Positions 51,722 to 62,769 of a stretch of DNA of 64,000 nucleotides are shown here, piece by piece. Source of the stretch: an uncultured cyanobacterium (GTDB lineage Bacteria; Cyanobacteriota; Cyanobacteriia; Cyanobacteriales; CAWUOF01). The stretch is from contig CAVUSO010000001.1 in the NCBI GenBank assembly GCA_963744145.1, forward strand, positions 2,912,001 to 2,976,000, read 5' to 3'. Made by a program: the position numbers and the translations under genes. The notes below the pieces were generated by a model. It ran no database searches and was not told where the DNA came from. It saw only the letters and a list, made by a program, of their open reading frames with translations. Position 1 is the stretch's first letter, and each line of letters begins with the position of its first letter.

Positions 51722-52465
51722 TGCTGTCTACCTGATGGATCTTATTTGTTGGCCATAGCTAATTGACCGGGACTGATCATATAAACATTTTTTGTTTTTA
51801 AATTTCTGAATTATTTCTGATCCTTTCCCCGATTGATTTAGTAGATGCTATGCCTATCTTTTTAAAATCTTCACAATTCTTTTTGAAATCTTTAAAATTT
51901 TACATTTAGAATTCTACCTTTTCCGGAAATGACTACTCCAATTATATCACTAGCTTTCAGGGTAGTTAAAAAATTACTCGGTCTATAAAATGCTTGCTCT
52001 GACTGGCGCCTCCGTGGCTTGATTTAATCCGTATCATTACTAACAAATATCGCTATTATTGTTCTAATTAATGCACTTTTGTCAGCAATTAGTTGTCTTT
52101 ACCTGGAAAAAATCGAATTTATTGGTTGTAGTTTTTCTTGCTCATCCGTAATTATACGGAAAAATGATTTTTGCTGATTTCGGCAAATAGTGATATTCAA
52201 GTAACCCGCGTTTCTTACCACTTTATTATCATGAATATAAGCAATTGCTAATTAAAATTTAATCAAATATTTTGCTCATTCAAAAACTTTAATTTAGATC
52301 ACCTTTAAACATTAAACTATCCTGATCAATCAAGTTATTAATCGGACTATGGTTTTTACCAGGGGATGAAGTATTTATCGATTTGTTAAGAAAGTTCAGG
52401 AGGGAGAAAATTCACGCTAATTTAAAAAAAACTAATATACCATTCGGACAATAGTGATCCCATCT

Positions 52466-52930
52466 ATGGCCATTAAAGTTGGAGATATTGCCCCTGATTT
52501 TACCTTACCCTCCCAAGGCAGGCAATCGATCAGCCTGAAAGATTTCCACGGACAAAAGTGTGTTGTGCTATATTTTTATCCTAAAGATGACACTCCTGGC
52601 TGTACAGCGGAATCCTGTGCTTTTCGAGATAGTTATCAAGCGTTTCAGGATGCTGGAGCTGAAGTGATTGGAGTGAGTGGTGATTCTCCCGAGTCCCACC
52701 AACAATTTGCGAGCAAGCATAACTTACCTTTTATCTTACTCAGTGATTCTGGTAATCAGTTACGGAAACTGTACGGTGTTCCCTCCACCTTTGGACTAAT
52801 CCCAGGTCGAGTGACCTATGTAATTGACAAAACCGGAGTAGTTAGATATATCTTCAACTCCCAGTTAAATTTTAATGGTCACGTTGAAGAATCTCTGACT
52901 TGGATTGTTAATGAACTACAAAAAAGCTAA
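52466..52930 (+). CDS. bcp: Peroxiredoxin Q/BCP
   Basis: FYPKDDTPGCTAESC. Confidence 0.9.
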   Translation: MAIKVGDIAPDFTLPSQGRQSISLKDFHGQKCVVLYFYPKDDTPGCTAESCAFRDSYQAFQDAGAEVIGVSGDSPESHQQFASKHNLPFILLSDSGNQLRKLYGVPSTFGLIPGRVTYVIDKTGVVRYIFNSQLNFNGHVEESLTWIVNELQKS

Positions 52931-52983
52931 TTGTTAATTTGTTGATCAAAAATAAGTAGCGAGTTAGATCGCCCATAATAGAT

Positions 52984-53012
52984 TAGGGGCGCGTTTTGAC
53001 CTTCGCCCCTAC
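52984..53012. repeat. Single GTAG-type REP-like hairpin between convergent genes
   Basis: TAGGGGCG..CGCCCCTAC. Confidence 0.55.
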
Positions 53013-53035
53013 ATGAAAATTAAGTATGACTAAGC

Positions 53036-53695
53036 TTATACCTTGCCAGATTTAGATTTTTCCGGAGTGGGGTTAAGCGTTTGGGCGGTTTTGCCATTTT
53101 TACTATGGGAATTACCATTAGCTTGACGCGGTTGAATCACCCCATAGCCACCATGGTGTTTTCTTTCATAGATAACGTTAATTTCTCCAGTTTCTGCATT
53201 CTGAAACATATAAAAATCGTGATCGATTAGTTGCAGTTGCTCTTGGGCTTCTTGAATTGTCATCGGGGGCATCGCGAAATATTTGGTTCGTACTACTTCA
53301 CTTGGTAGTTCCGGGGTGCGATCGCCAATTAGATCTGCAACTATCGGGGTCTCTTCAGTCCCAATGCCATCTTTCCCTAAAGATGGGGTTTTCTTACCAT
53401 TACGTTTTTCTTTATATTTGCGGAGTTTGCGGGCAATTTTATCTGCTACCAAGTCGATACTGGCATATAAACTTTCGCTACTTTCTTCTGCCCGAATTAC
53501 CGTACCGTTCGCGTAGATAGTTACTTCTGCCGCTTGCTTAGTAGTTATTCTCGGATTGCGGGCCACTGACAAATGCACATCTACTTCCGTCGTTAAATTT
53601 TGAAAGTGACTTACCGCTTTTTCAATTTTTTGATTGACGTATTCACGAATCGCTTCAGTAATTTCAATATTTTTGCCGTGGATAACAAGCTTCAT
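53036..53695 (-). CDS. hpf: Ribosome hibernation factor LrtA/HPF
   Basis: [37 protein letters not shown]. Confidence 0.95.
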   Translation of the reverse strand: MKLVIHGKNIEITEAIREYVNQKIEKAVSHFQNLTTEVDVHLSVARNPRITTKQAAEVTIYANGTVIRAEESSESLYASIDLVADKIARKLRKYKEKRNGKKTPSLGKDGIGTEETPIVADLIGDRTPELPSEVVRTKYFAMPPMTIQEAQEQLQLIDHDFYMFQNAETGEINVIYERKHHGGYGVIQPRQANGNSHSKNGKTAQTLNPTPEKSKSGKV

Positions 53696-54131
53696 ACTCA
53701 ATGTTCCCGCTGAAGACCCCACCGCAGTTGCCGACGTTTAATCAAGATAGCTCAGGAATTTTGCTTTTCCTAGTACCACTCATGATTTAGTCAAGACCAT
53801 TGTGGGTGGAAAGCGGGGCGGGGATTACCGCTTTCCTAGAACTATTAATAATTGCCCGTTTATCCCCATGATTTGCCAATAACGGTGCCTAAACTTGGCC
53901 GAGATGATGTAGTTTTGATCTAGCTATCTTAAGCTAGCTATTCAAACTTTTTCTGAGTGGAGCGGTTTCACCCGTTTCCTCTTTCTCAATTTTTAGGTTA
54001 TATATTAACCCTACCACTTTGTATTCTATAAAACATCGCCTTTTTCATTCTCTTTAAAATCTTTTGCATACCTTGACAATTCTTGATTATATTTTGGTAG
54101 CTTTTGGCTAATATCCCTCTTGATTTTCTGC

Positions 54132-54845
54132 ATGACTTCGAGTACATATTCCTACCTCCCCCTCCCTAGCGATCGCCCTCCTCGTCTCGGTTGGCTCTAT
54201 AACCAAGGCTTGATTCCCTACCCGATCGCTTGGGAATGGCAGCGATCGCTTCTGGCTGAACGTCTGGATGATCCCACCGCTAACGATGTTTTGATCTTGT
54301 TGGAGCATCCTCCTGTTTATACATTAGGACAAGGATCTAGTCGCGCCTTTCTCAAATTTGATCCAGCGCAAACCGATATCCAGTTATATCAAATCGAGCG
54401 CGGTGGTGAGGTAACTTATCATTGTCCTGGTCAACTGGTGGGCTATCCGATTTTAAATCTCCGTTATTATCGTCAAGACTTACACTGGTATTTACGCAGT
54501 TTAGAATCCGTATTAATTAAAGTGCTAGAACAATATCAATTGAACGGGGAACGTATCCCCGGGATGACCGGTGTTTGGGTCCAAGGGCGCAAAGTAGCCG
54601 CGATTGGAATTAAAGTTAGTCGTTGGATTACGATGCACGGCTTCGCTTTAAATGTTTGTCCCAATTTAGCTGGATTTAGGCAAATTGTCCCTTGTGGTCT
54701 GATCGATCGACCTGTTGGTAGTTTAGCTGAATTTGTCCCTCAGATTAGCCCGGAACAAGTACGTTTACAAATAGTCTCTGCTTTTAGTGAAGTCTTCGCT
54801 CTCAATTTGGTGGAAAAGTGCCCAAATTTTCCAATTTTGCCGTAA
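54132..54845 (+). CDS. lipB: Lipoyl(octanoyl) transferase
   Basis: [37 protein letters not shown]. Confidence 0.95.
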   Translation: MTSSTYSYLPLPSDRPPRLGWLYNQGLIPYPIAWEWQRSLLAERLDDPTANDVLILLEHPPVYTLGQGSSRAFLKFDPAQTDIQLYQIERGGEVTYHCPGQLVGYPILNLRYYRQDLHWYLRSLESVLIKVLEQYQLNGERIPGMTGVWVQGRKVAAIGIKVSRWITMHGFALNVCPNLAGFRQIVPCGLIDRPVGSLAEFVPQISPEQVRLQIVSAFSEVFALNLVEKCPNFPILP

Positions 54846-55177
54846 TTATTAAATATTTGTTAAATTTTAGGAATTTATTCCGATTAGATATTATGTGAAT
54901 CATGGTTGCGAAGTTTAAGTTAATTACTAGCAAAGATGAATGATAATTCTTAAAATATATATATTTCTTGTGATGAAAAACACAATGGCCTAGTGACCAC
55001 TAACAATTACGATTCTTCCATTGTATGTGATTTTAATACTTAGTGTGCAGAAAAAACATTTATTAGTCGAGGTAAAAACACTTAGTTCTGCTGATTTTTT
55101 TTTGAGAAAATATTAAATCTGCTCGTGATCTAGGTTCAGTCCTAGCTTCATCCTATGCGTCAAATTAGCGCAGTTCT

Positions 55178-55561
55178 GTGGTATCTGCCATGTTTATAAA
55201 TCCATCAGATGACAATCTACAATCGCGATTTGTGGAGCTAATTCCTTCTCCTGGCCGAAAAAACCTCAAATTTTCTTGGAAATCCCGTCGTTCCGGATCA
55301 AGAAAAACCTCCTTGTCTCCTGTCAATCCTGTAGATTTAGACGATTTAGGACCAACAAACCTAAATACGTCGAGAAGGCTTAACCATCACGCAGCACCTG
55401 TAACATCATTAAGAGAACAAGATACAAAAGCCCTCCTCTCCCTGTTCGATCGCCCAGATTCAGATCAAATTGAAGCAGATATAATTAAAGGATTACGTTG
55501 GCGTTGTCCTGAACCATTCTGGGAAGATGAGAGCTTTGATTTTTTACGGGAATATCTTTAA
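55178..55561 (+). CDS. Hypothetical protein
   Basis: ORF with DRP...IEA.IIKGLRWRCPEPFWE.E; no family recognised. Confidence 0.5.
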   Translation: MVSAMFINPSDDNLQSRFVELIPSPGRKNLKFSWKSRRSGSRKTSLSPVNPVDLDDLGPTNLNTSRRLNHHAAPVTSLREQDTKALLSLFDRPDSDQIEADIIKGLRWRCPEPFWEDESFDFLREYL

Positions 55562-55621
55562 TCAGCTTGATCTCATTGATAGGAAGGACAACTGGAGTAT
55601 GGAGAATATATCATCAGCCTT

Positions 55622-57517
55622 ATGTCTATTTCTTCGATTCAAGCTCTGAATATTGCTATTCAAAGTTCTAATCCTTTCGAGCCAGTACCGATGGTCAAAG
55701 AACCAGATATCTGGGGGAGTGGGTTGACCGATGTCACGAGCTTGAATGAATCTATATCTAATCAAGTTTTTCAGACCATAGAACAAGTTAAGCATCGCTC
55801 AAATAAAGTTATTACTCTGGCGATCGCGGCGAACCGAGGTACTGGTAAAAGTCACCTGATTAAACGGATTCGTCAACGTTTGCAAAGCGAAGGTAATGTT
55901 TTATTTTCCTATATCAATGCTCATCAATTTACGGATCTAAATATAATTCGTTATCAATTTCTGCAAACCCTAGTTGATAGTTGGAGACATTTGGGCAATC
56001 AAGGGGTAATGCAATGGCAAATAATTGCCACAGAAATGGCTAATCAAGCTATTAAAATCATTAACCCTCAAGCTCGAAATTTTTTAGCTAAAGATTTAAT
56101 TAAAAAACTAGATATTAATACCTTAGACAAAAATCAAACTTGGGTAAATCAATTAACAGAAGCATATTTCCGGATCAAACCAGATGTGAGTGATCCTGAT
56201 TTAGTCCGAGCAATTTTTTGGACTTTAGCTAATAGTCAGGCACCTTTTGCGATTAAATGGTTAAGTGGAAAAATGCTAGCTCAATGGAAAATTGAGGAAT
56301 TAGGATTACCGAATCCGAGTCGCGATGGACGGGAGTCAGAAGCATTTGATACGCTCTTACATCTGATCAATATAATTAATCCTTATCAAGGATTAATTAT
56401 TTGTTTTGATGAATTAGATTCTTATGAATCCAGCGATAATGGGTTGAAACGAGAGCGGATAGTTGCTAGTTTAGTTAAACATTTATCGGAAAGACTCACG
56501 ACTATTCACCTGAATTTGGGTGTAGTTATATTAACGGTTATGACTCCGGAGACTTGGATTTATAAAATTAAGCCCCTTCCGGTAGGAATATCAGAACGTC
56601 TTTCTTCTCAAGGAAATCCCTTGGAATTAAACGAGATTAATACTGCACAAATTGTGGAATTAGTTTCACTTTGGTTAAAAAAGTTTTATGACCAGAAAGG
56701 AGTAAAACCTCCGACAAATATCTATCCGTTTGATCTAGATCAGTTGCAAGCTTTAGGACGAGAAAAATTAAATGTCCGGCAAGTTTTACAATGGTGTTCC
56801 GAAAACTTTCGGACTGTAGAAGTTGATCCTTTAGAACGAGTTGAACAAATTTTTAATGAAGCGATCGCTGAAATTAGGATCAATTTAGATAATGATTTAG
56901 AGCAGAATCATCTGGTCGCTAATGCTCTTTACCTGGGATTGATTAGTTTGCAGGGAAAAACCGTCGAGGGTGTGACGATTGAAGTCGTAAGCAATGAGAT
57001 TAAGCATAAGGCTGACCATCAAGATTATCTTAATTTTCGAGTCATTGGTAGAGAAAATGGTCAAGTGGTGAAAATTGGTGTTGCTATTCTCCAAGATGAT
57101 CGAGGTAAAAGGATCGGAGCGGGTTTAAAAAGGTTAATTGACTATCAACATTTTGATTTAACTCGTGGATGTTTAGTTCGGTCCCAGACTAAAAAAATTA
57201 AACATTGCTGGAAAGCCTATAATTATTTAACTCAGTTAACTTTATTGGGAGGAAAATGGGTAGACTTGAAAGCCGAGGATATTAAACCCCTGATGGTAAT
57301 TTGGTCAATTTACCAACAACGGGAACATCATCAACTAGAACCAGGACAAATTTTTGAATTTATGTTTCAGCGTAAATTAGCAAGTGAAAATTTGTTGATT
57401 CGAGCGATTTTAAGTGAACCAGCCCATCAGGGAACAGTGACCAATCTGGCTGTTCCCGAACCAGCTATGGCGATCGCACTTGTCCCGATCGCCGCAGAAC
57501 CAGAAATTTTCACCTGA
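55622..57517 (+). CDS. P-loop ATPase (cyanobacterial family) with C-terminal nuclease-like region
   Basis: ANRGTGKSH Walker A, ICFDELD Walker B, YPF, C-terminal KIGVA...LTRGCLVRS. Confidence 0.75.
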   Translation: MSISSIQALNIAIQSSNPFEPVPMVKEPDIWGSGLTDVTSLNESISNQVFQTIEQVKHRSNKVITLAIAANRGTGKSHLIKRIRQRLQSEGNVLFSYINAHQFTDLNIIRYQFLQTLVDSWRHLGNQGVMQWQIIATEMANQAIKIINPQARNFLAKDLIKKLDINTLDKNQTWVNQLTEAYFRIKPDVSDPDLVRAIFWTLANSQAPFAIKWLSGKMLAQWKIEELGLPNPSRDGRESEAFDTLLHLINIINPYQGLIICFDELDSYESSDNGLKRERIVASLVKHLSERLTTIHLNLGVVILTVMTPETWIYKIKPLPVGISERLSSQGNPLELNEINTAQIVELVSLWLKKFYDQKGVKPPTNIYPFDLDQLQALGREKLNVRQVLQWCSENFRTVEVDPLERVEQIFNEAIAEIRINLDNDLEQNHLVANALYLGLISLQGKTVEGVTIEVVSNEIKHKADHQDYLNFRVIGRENGQVVKIGVAILQDDRGKRIGAGLKRLIDYQHFDLTRGCLVRSQTKKIKHCWKAYNYLTQLTLLGGKWVDLKAEDIKPLMVIWSIYQQREHHQLEPGQIFEFMFQRKLASENLLIRAILSEPAHQGTVTNLAVPEPAMAIALVPIAAEPEIFT

Positions 57518-57559
57518 TCGAGTTCATCAGATTAAGTCTTCCATGCGTAGAATTAATGC

Positions 57560-57997
57560 TCAAATATAGTACATAATATCCAACTGACGCTTCGCATCCC
57601 GCTTGTCACAAAGATCCTGAAGTGTATATTTTTGCAAAACTGAATTAGACGCTTGGTAAGCTTCTTGCCAGACTTCGCTAATTATTGCACTTTCAACGGT
57701 TTTACTTGTCGGTTCATTTTCACTCCCTTGAGATTCTGAGCCCTCTAAACAAGTAATAATTTCCAACAGGGTAATTTTCCCAGGCTCTCGAGCGAGGAGA
57801 TAACCTCCTTTTGCCCCTCTTTGACTTTTAAGTAAACCACAGCGTCGTAAACTGGCCAATAGCTGCTCTAAATAGCGGTCAGGAATATTTTGCTGGGCCG
57901 CAATCTGCCGAATTTGCAGCGGTTCTCCTTCATTATAGTGAGCTGTCAATTCTAGTAGGGCTAGAAGGGCATATTCACTTTTACACGACAGTTCCAC
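57560..57997 (-). CDS. Rrf2-family transcriptional regulator
   Basis: EYALLAL, YLEQLL..L, SQRG.KGGY.LA, ITLLEI. Confidence 0.92.
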   Translation of the reverse strand: MELSCKSEYALLALLELTAHYNEGEPLQIRQIAAQQNIPDRYLEQLLASLRRCGLLKSQRGAKGGYLLAREPGKITLLEIITCLEGSESQGSENEPTSKTVESAIISEVWQEAYQASNSVLQKYTLQDLCDKRDAKRQLDIMYYI

Positions 57998-58088
57998 AGA
58001 TAAGATCCATATTCTAAGATCCTTTTCAGTATACTCCGGTTCTAAGGTGGAGTTTAGTAGTTCAGTCAGCAACAACACTAATTAACAC

Positions 58089-58117
58089 AAAAAAGCCCCG
58101 CACTAAGCGGGACTTTG
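58089..58117 (-). terminator. Intrinsic terminator of the porin gene
   Basis: CCCGC-ACTAA-GCGGG hairpin with a T tract on the minus strand. Confidence 0.7.
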
Positions 58118-58145
58118 GCTCATTCTCAAATTTTCCCTAAACCTG

Positions 58146-60011
58146 TTAGAAGGTAAAGGTAGTTCTCAAAGTACCAATTACTAGACTATAGTTCCGGTTA
58201 TTTTGATCAGGAGAGTCTACCCAAATTACCCCAGGAGTAACGGAGATATTGTCATTAACTTGGAACTTGTAAAAACCTTCAACATGTAATGGTGTATCAC
58301 GGCGAATACCGATTTGTCTGCCACTACTGCCACTTTCTAAACCTGCTAGATAAGGTTCTACACCAGCTATCAGCCCACCAACGTTACCCTTTTTGCCCAA
58401 ATCTGGGAAAGCCAGACCTAAAGCATAGGTCCAAATTTCTCCATCACCTCGGCCCAGAATCCGCACATCCGTGAGACTGCCCCAACCAGTAATCACCAAT
58501 TTGGGAGTAAACCGGAAAGCACCAGATAAACCGTAGGAATTGGTTGATAACGCTGGATTACCGGCAAACAGACGGCTACCAGTTCCCGTGAAATTAACGT
58601 CACCTTGAATCGGATTGGTTGCGTTATTAGGGTTACCCAAGTTAGCTGAAGATGTCCCCACCACAGCAGTCCCACCACCATTATCAAAGATTGATTGGGA
58701 GCTATTGGTGTGATATCCGTGAACGTAAGTAGCGCCCAAGGTAATTGCATCACCAACAGTAAAGTTCAGTTGTGCTAATGCACCGTAAGAACCGTTAAAT
58801 AGACCAGTTCCTTGACCAGGATTATTACCTTGGTCAGCTAGGTAACCCAAGGTCAAAGAACTTGGTCGGAGAATAGTACCACCATGACCAAACTTCAGAT
58901 TTACACCAAGTCCTTGTCCACCACCAATCCGATAGATGGGGTTGCGCTGGGCAAAGGTAGATAAAGAACCATTACCACCATCATTATCTTCAAAGTAAGG
59001 GTTCTCAGTCGGGGTAAAGTCGTCGAAAGTACCATTGTTCGCTGCAACCGCTACATCTAAGCGATCGCCAAAAGGAAAGCGGTATTCTAAGGTATCTAAC
59101 TTAAAGACGTTACCGCTAGTACCATAATTAAATGTCTGTAACCCTTCTCCACCAGCGGTTAAGAAATTCTTGGAACTACCTACCGCAGTATCCGCGTTAC
59201 CTGCCTGTAACCTAGTTTGTAAGACATCTTTACCAGTAAAACTGGTGTTGAAGTTTAAACGAACCCGTTCTTGGAATACGGTTTGATCAGTGTTGCGTGC
59301 TAATCGAGATCCCGTCGAACCCCGATCGCGGTTACCACCAAAATCTTGTGTGACAGCGAAAATCGCTTCACCTTGTAATTTGGTTGTAGTGGAAAACTGA
59401 TTAGCTTCTAACTCAGCAGTCCGAGCTTCGAGAGAATCTACTCTTCCTCTTAATGTTGCTAGTTCTGCGGCAAATTGTTCTTGGAGCTTTTGGACAGTGG
59501 CTAAATCGTTTTTGGTCACTTGCGATGAATTTGCCGAGATTAATTCAGTAATTTTCTCCATACAGGAGTTTAAACCTGCGGCAAATTCGTACCGACTCAG
59601 CGCCTTGTTTCCCTTGAAGGTTCCATCTGGATAACCTGCAATACAACCATAACGTTCTACCAGAGATTGGAGTGCTTGGAAAGCCCAGTCTGTTGGTTGG
59701 ACATCAGATAACTCAGAGACTGATGTTACTTTTCCATCTGCACTTCTGCTGATCAACTGATTTAATGAACCTTCGTTGCTATAACGGTTCACCTGCTGTA
59801 AAAGACTTGGATTCCCTGCTTGGTTAGTTCCAGCGTTTTTGTCTTGGATATTTTCTGCAATTTTTACGGGCAGCTTAATTTGGTCTGCCTGGTTTTCTTG
59901 GGTTTTTCCTGGGATCTGGGTTGGGGCTGCCATTCCGGCACCAGCGACTAATAGTAAAGTTCCTACAATAGTTGGGCTAGCTACCAATGAAATCCATAGG
60001 GGTTTAATCAT
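58146..60011 (-). CDS. Cyanobacterial SLH-domain porin (OprB/SomA-type)
   Basis: VTSVS.LSDVQPTDWAFQALQSLVERYGC, FSTTTKL, GTLRTTFTF. Confidence 0.95.
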   Translation of the reverse strand: MIKPLWISLVASPTIVGTLLLVAGAGMAAPTQIPGKTQENQADQIKLPVKIAENIQDKNAGTNQAGNPSLLQQVNRYSNEGSLNQLISRSADGKVTSVSELSDVQPTDWAFQALQSLVERYGCIAGYPDGTFKGNKALSRYEFAAGLNSCMEKITELISANSSQVTKNDLATVQKLQEQFAAELATLRGRVDSLEARTAELEANQFSTTTKLQGEAIFAVTQDFGGNRDRGSTGSRLARNTDQTVFQERVRLNFNTSFTGKDVLQTRLQAGNADTAVGSSKNFLTAGGEGLQTFNYGTSGNVFKLDTLEYRFPFGDRLDVAVAANNGTFDDFTPTENPYFEDNDGGNGSLSTFAQRNPIYRIGGGQGLGVNLKFGHGGTILRPSSLTLGYLADQGNNPGQGTGLFNGSYGALAQLNFTVGDAITLGATYVHGYHTNSSQSIFDNGGGTAVVGTSSANLGNPNNATNPIQGDVNFTGTGSRLFAGNPALSTNSYGLSGAFRFTPKLVITGWGSLTDVRILGRGDGEIWTYALGLAFPDLGKKGNVGGLIAGVEPYLAGLESGSSGRQIGIRRDTPLHVEGFYKFQVNDNISVTPGVIWVDSPDQNNRNYSLVIGTLRTTFTF

Positions 60012-60324
60012 TTTTTCTCTTGACCTCACACCTTAGTTATAGATAGACTTACTAACATCTTTGCTAGTTTAGCTTAACATCGCACTTTTTTCACAATGCT
60101 GTTAGCCTAAGTATAGTTCTTTAAATTATATATAAATTTTCAATTTTGGCTACAAAACCCAAGTTTTATTTTTATGACCTCACCACTGTTACCCCTGATT
60201 CCACCAATATTTATCTAACCGGATCGCTCTCCACCGCAAATCCGCTTGGGGAGTTTTTCGGTTAAATTGGGCATCAATTGTCATCAACCCACTATATTTA
60301 CTCGATCGGACTAAACAAGTTGAT

Positions 60325-61971
60325 TTAAGCTGAAGAACGGTTATCTCCCAGGTTATGTCCTAGTACAGTAAATACTTGACGGTGTTCAAACAAATCCAAA
60401 AAGTCGCTGTTGATTTTATTATGTGCTGCTTCTTCTCGAAGAATTTTGAGGGCTGTTTCTACAGATAAACCGCGTTTATAGGGGCGATCGCCCGCAGTCA
60501 GAGCATCATAAATATCCGCAATGGTCATCATCTGGGTCTGAATTGGGATATCTTCCTGCTTTAATCCCCGTGGATAGCCCGAACCATCTAGTTTTTCGTG
60601 GTGTCCATAAGCAATCATCGGGATATTTTTCAGTGGTTTTGTCCAGGGAATTCGTTTCAAGAATTCATAGCTGTGGGTGACATGGGATTCGATCGCTAAA
60701 CGTTCTTCGGGGGTCAGATTCCCCCGCGACACCATGAGTTGAGATATTTCTTTAGCATTGAGTAGGGGTTTAAAGTTACCATCAATATCTTGATAAGTGT
60801 ATCCTGACAGTTCTTTTAACTGAGCGGAAGGCTTTTCTGCTAACACATGAGGTTCGTTTGCTTGTAAGACCAGTTCCCAGTAAGAGTTAAGTTGTTCGAC
60901 TTTTTGTAGCAGTTCTTGATCTAGATGATTTAGTTTTTGACAAAAAGGACAAGTTGATTCCGAGTGTTTGTCTTGAGCTGTAGCTCTAGGATGTTCGATT
61001 AAATGTTTATATTTGGTTTGGGCACATTCGAGTTCTAAGGTTCTTTGTGCTAAAGCAAAACGGTGTCGTACTACTTCTAATTGATCAGGGTAAAGTTTTT
61101 TTTGTTTGACTAAAATTGCTTCAGGCACACCAACTTTGCCAAAATCATGTAATAGGGCAGCATAACGAATTTCTTGTAGTTGTCTTAGATCAAAGTGGAA
61201 TGGGCGTAATGGACCAGTAATGACCGTATTTACTTCTTGACTTAAGCGGACTGTGATTTCTGCTACTCGCTCTGAATGTCCCGATGTGGTCGGATCTCGG
61301 GCTTCAATAATTTGTACTGATGCTCTAGCAAACCCTTCAAATAGGTTTTCAATACTTTCTTGGAGATGATTTCTTTCGATCGAAATTGCTGCTTGTGATG
61401 CTAGCGATCGCAAAATTCGCTCTTCCCAATCTGAATAAGGTTGAGTTGCCTCTAACACATTTTCGGCATTAATGGTAATATTTCCTCGGACTTTTCGGTT
61501 AATTAGTTGCAGTACCCCAATGGTTTCTCTTTCGCGATTTTGCATCGGTAGCACTAAGACGGAGCGGGTGTAATAAGAAATATTTAGGTCAAAACTCCGA
61601 TCAAATTCGTAGGGCACATCCTTGGGCAAATTATAAGCATCTGGTAAATTTAAACTTTCTCCAGTTACTGCCACATATCCAGCCAAGCTTTGGCGGGTCA
61701 TTGGGATCGCAAATTCGCGGAAGGAAACGTTAGGACGAGAGGCATTTTGGGCAACTTTAAATATTAATTTGGGGGTAGCATCAGTCTGATCTACTAAATA
61801 AACGCTGCCAGCATCGCTACAGGTAATTTCTCGGCTTTTAGATAAAATTAAATTTAGCACCTGACCTAAGTCATAGGTGCTAGACAGAGCTGCACCAATA
61901 TCTAAAAGCTGGGAAATTAGTTCAACTCTGTCTCCAAACTCTTGCAAGAGTTCTTGGTTCTCAAATTTCAT
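60325..61971 (-). CDS. GAF + HD-GYP phosphodiesterase
   Basis: GAF (GVLQLIN), HDFGK, HHEKLDGSGYP, ADIYDALT..RPYK. Confidence 0.92.
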   Translation of the reverse strand: MKFENQELLQEFGDRVELISQLLDIGAALSSTYDLGQVLNLILSKSREITCSDAGSVYLVDQTDATPKLIFKVAQNASRPNVSFREFAIPMTRQSLAGYVAVTGESLNLPDAYNLPKDVPYEFDRSFDLNISYYTRSVLVLPMQNRERETIGVLQLINRKVRGNITINAENVLEATQPYSDWEERILRSLASQAAISIERNHLQESIENLFEGFARASVQIIEARDPTTSGHSERVAEITVRLSQEVNTVITGPLRPFHFDLRQLQEIRYAALLHDFGKVGVPEAILVKQKKLYPDQLEVVRHRFALAQRTLELECAQTKYKHLIEHPRATAQDKHSESTCPFCQKLNHLDQELLQKVEQLNSYWELVLQANEPHVLAEKPSAQLKELSGYTYQDIDGNFKPLLNAKEISQLMVSRGNLTPEERLAIESHVTHSYEFLKRIPWTKPLKNIPMIAYGHHEKLDGSGYPRGLKQEDIPIQTQMMTIADIYDALTAGDRPYKRGLSVETALKILREEAAHNKINSDFLDLFEHRQVFTVLGHNLGDNRSSA

Positions 61972-62011
61972 GATTTCGGTAATGGGAACCGCTATTTTAA
62001 TCTGATTAGGT

Positions 62012-62296
62012 TTAATTTAACTGAGAAATTACCTGGGCTAGAGCCAAGTCTTTTTCTGTTAATCCACCGGCGTCGTGAGTTGTCAGACTTACTGTCACTC
62101 GGTTATAGGAAATAAAAATATCTGGATGGTGGCCAGCTTGTTCGGCTGGTTCAACCAACTGATTCACAAAAGCGATCGCTGCTAGAAAATCTTTAAACTC
62201 ATAGATTCGAGTTAGAGATTTATCTTCAACTTCCCATTCAGGCAGTTTAGCTAAACCCTCTTTTATTTCTGCATCGTTGAGTAGCTGTATCATCAT
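62012..62296 (-). CDS. phhB: Pterin-4a-carbinolamine dehydratase
   Basis: AE.AGHHPD, TTHDAGGLT.KD. Confidence 0.93.
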   Translation of the reverse strand: MMIQLLNDAEIKEGLAKLPEWEVEDKSLTRIYEFKDFLAAIAFVNQLVEPAEQAGHHPDIFISYNRVTVSLTTHDAGGLTEKDLALAQVISQLN

Positions 62297-62354
62297 CCAG
62301 CACCTTTCATGCTTAATTTAATCAATAATACAAATCAACTATTTAGCTTTTCGG

Positions 62355-62653
62355 AAAAAAATTAGCCGCTCTCACCAGTAGTGTTTCAGCTTGCCGCTGA
62401 CTACACTATTTTAGGTAAGAGCGGTGAGTGGGGGGTCTTCAGATTGGAACCAGACTACCGGGAGGAAATCCAAATTTAGCCTAGTTGCCTTAGTTACATT
62501 AGTCTTTCGGTCGGAAGACAGCTAACTATTTAGAGAACAGCCCCGGCACATAGCCGGCTAACTCCAATCTGATGACCCATGCGTTTACTACTATCTATCA
62601 TAGGCATCACCTCCTGTTTTTCCTAAACGGTTTAGTATTTTCAAGGATTAACT
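62355..62653 (-). ncRNA. Putative ~300-nt structured RNA with a small ORF
   Basis: Extended -10 TGTTATACT (62660-62668); long stem 62433-62448 with 62563-62578; terminal hairpin 62366-62424 followed by a T tract. Confidence 0.55.
62530..62601 (-). CDS. Candidate 23-aa small protein MIDSSKRMGHQIGVSRLCAGAVL
   Basis: AGGAGG Shine-Dalgarno 8 nt upstream of the ATG. Confidence 0.4.
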   Translation of the reverse strand: MIDSSKRMGHQIGVSRLCAGAVL

Positions 62654-62684
62654 TGATTGAGTATAACACTAAAAACTGAAAAAT

Positions 62685-62717
62685 AAAAATACCCCCTATT
62701 GACTAGGGGGTATTTTT
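62685..62717 (-). terminator. psbD terminator (bidirectional form)
   Basis: AAAAATACCCCCTA-TTGAC-TAGGGGGTATTTTT. Confidence 0.85.
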
Positions 62718-62769
62718 CCTAAATCAGTAATTCAGATAGTTAACCCGAGTTGAACATTTAGGACTGAGT

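Noticed and set aside
55129..55146. tRNA T-arm-like hairpin CTAGGTTCAGTCCTAG
   Set aside because: 6-nt loop and no acceptor, D or anticodon arms
62430..62580. 6S RNA or RNase P RNA call
   Set aside because: Rod-like fold, but I could not match diagnostic motifs; left as an unnamed structured RNA
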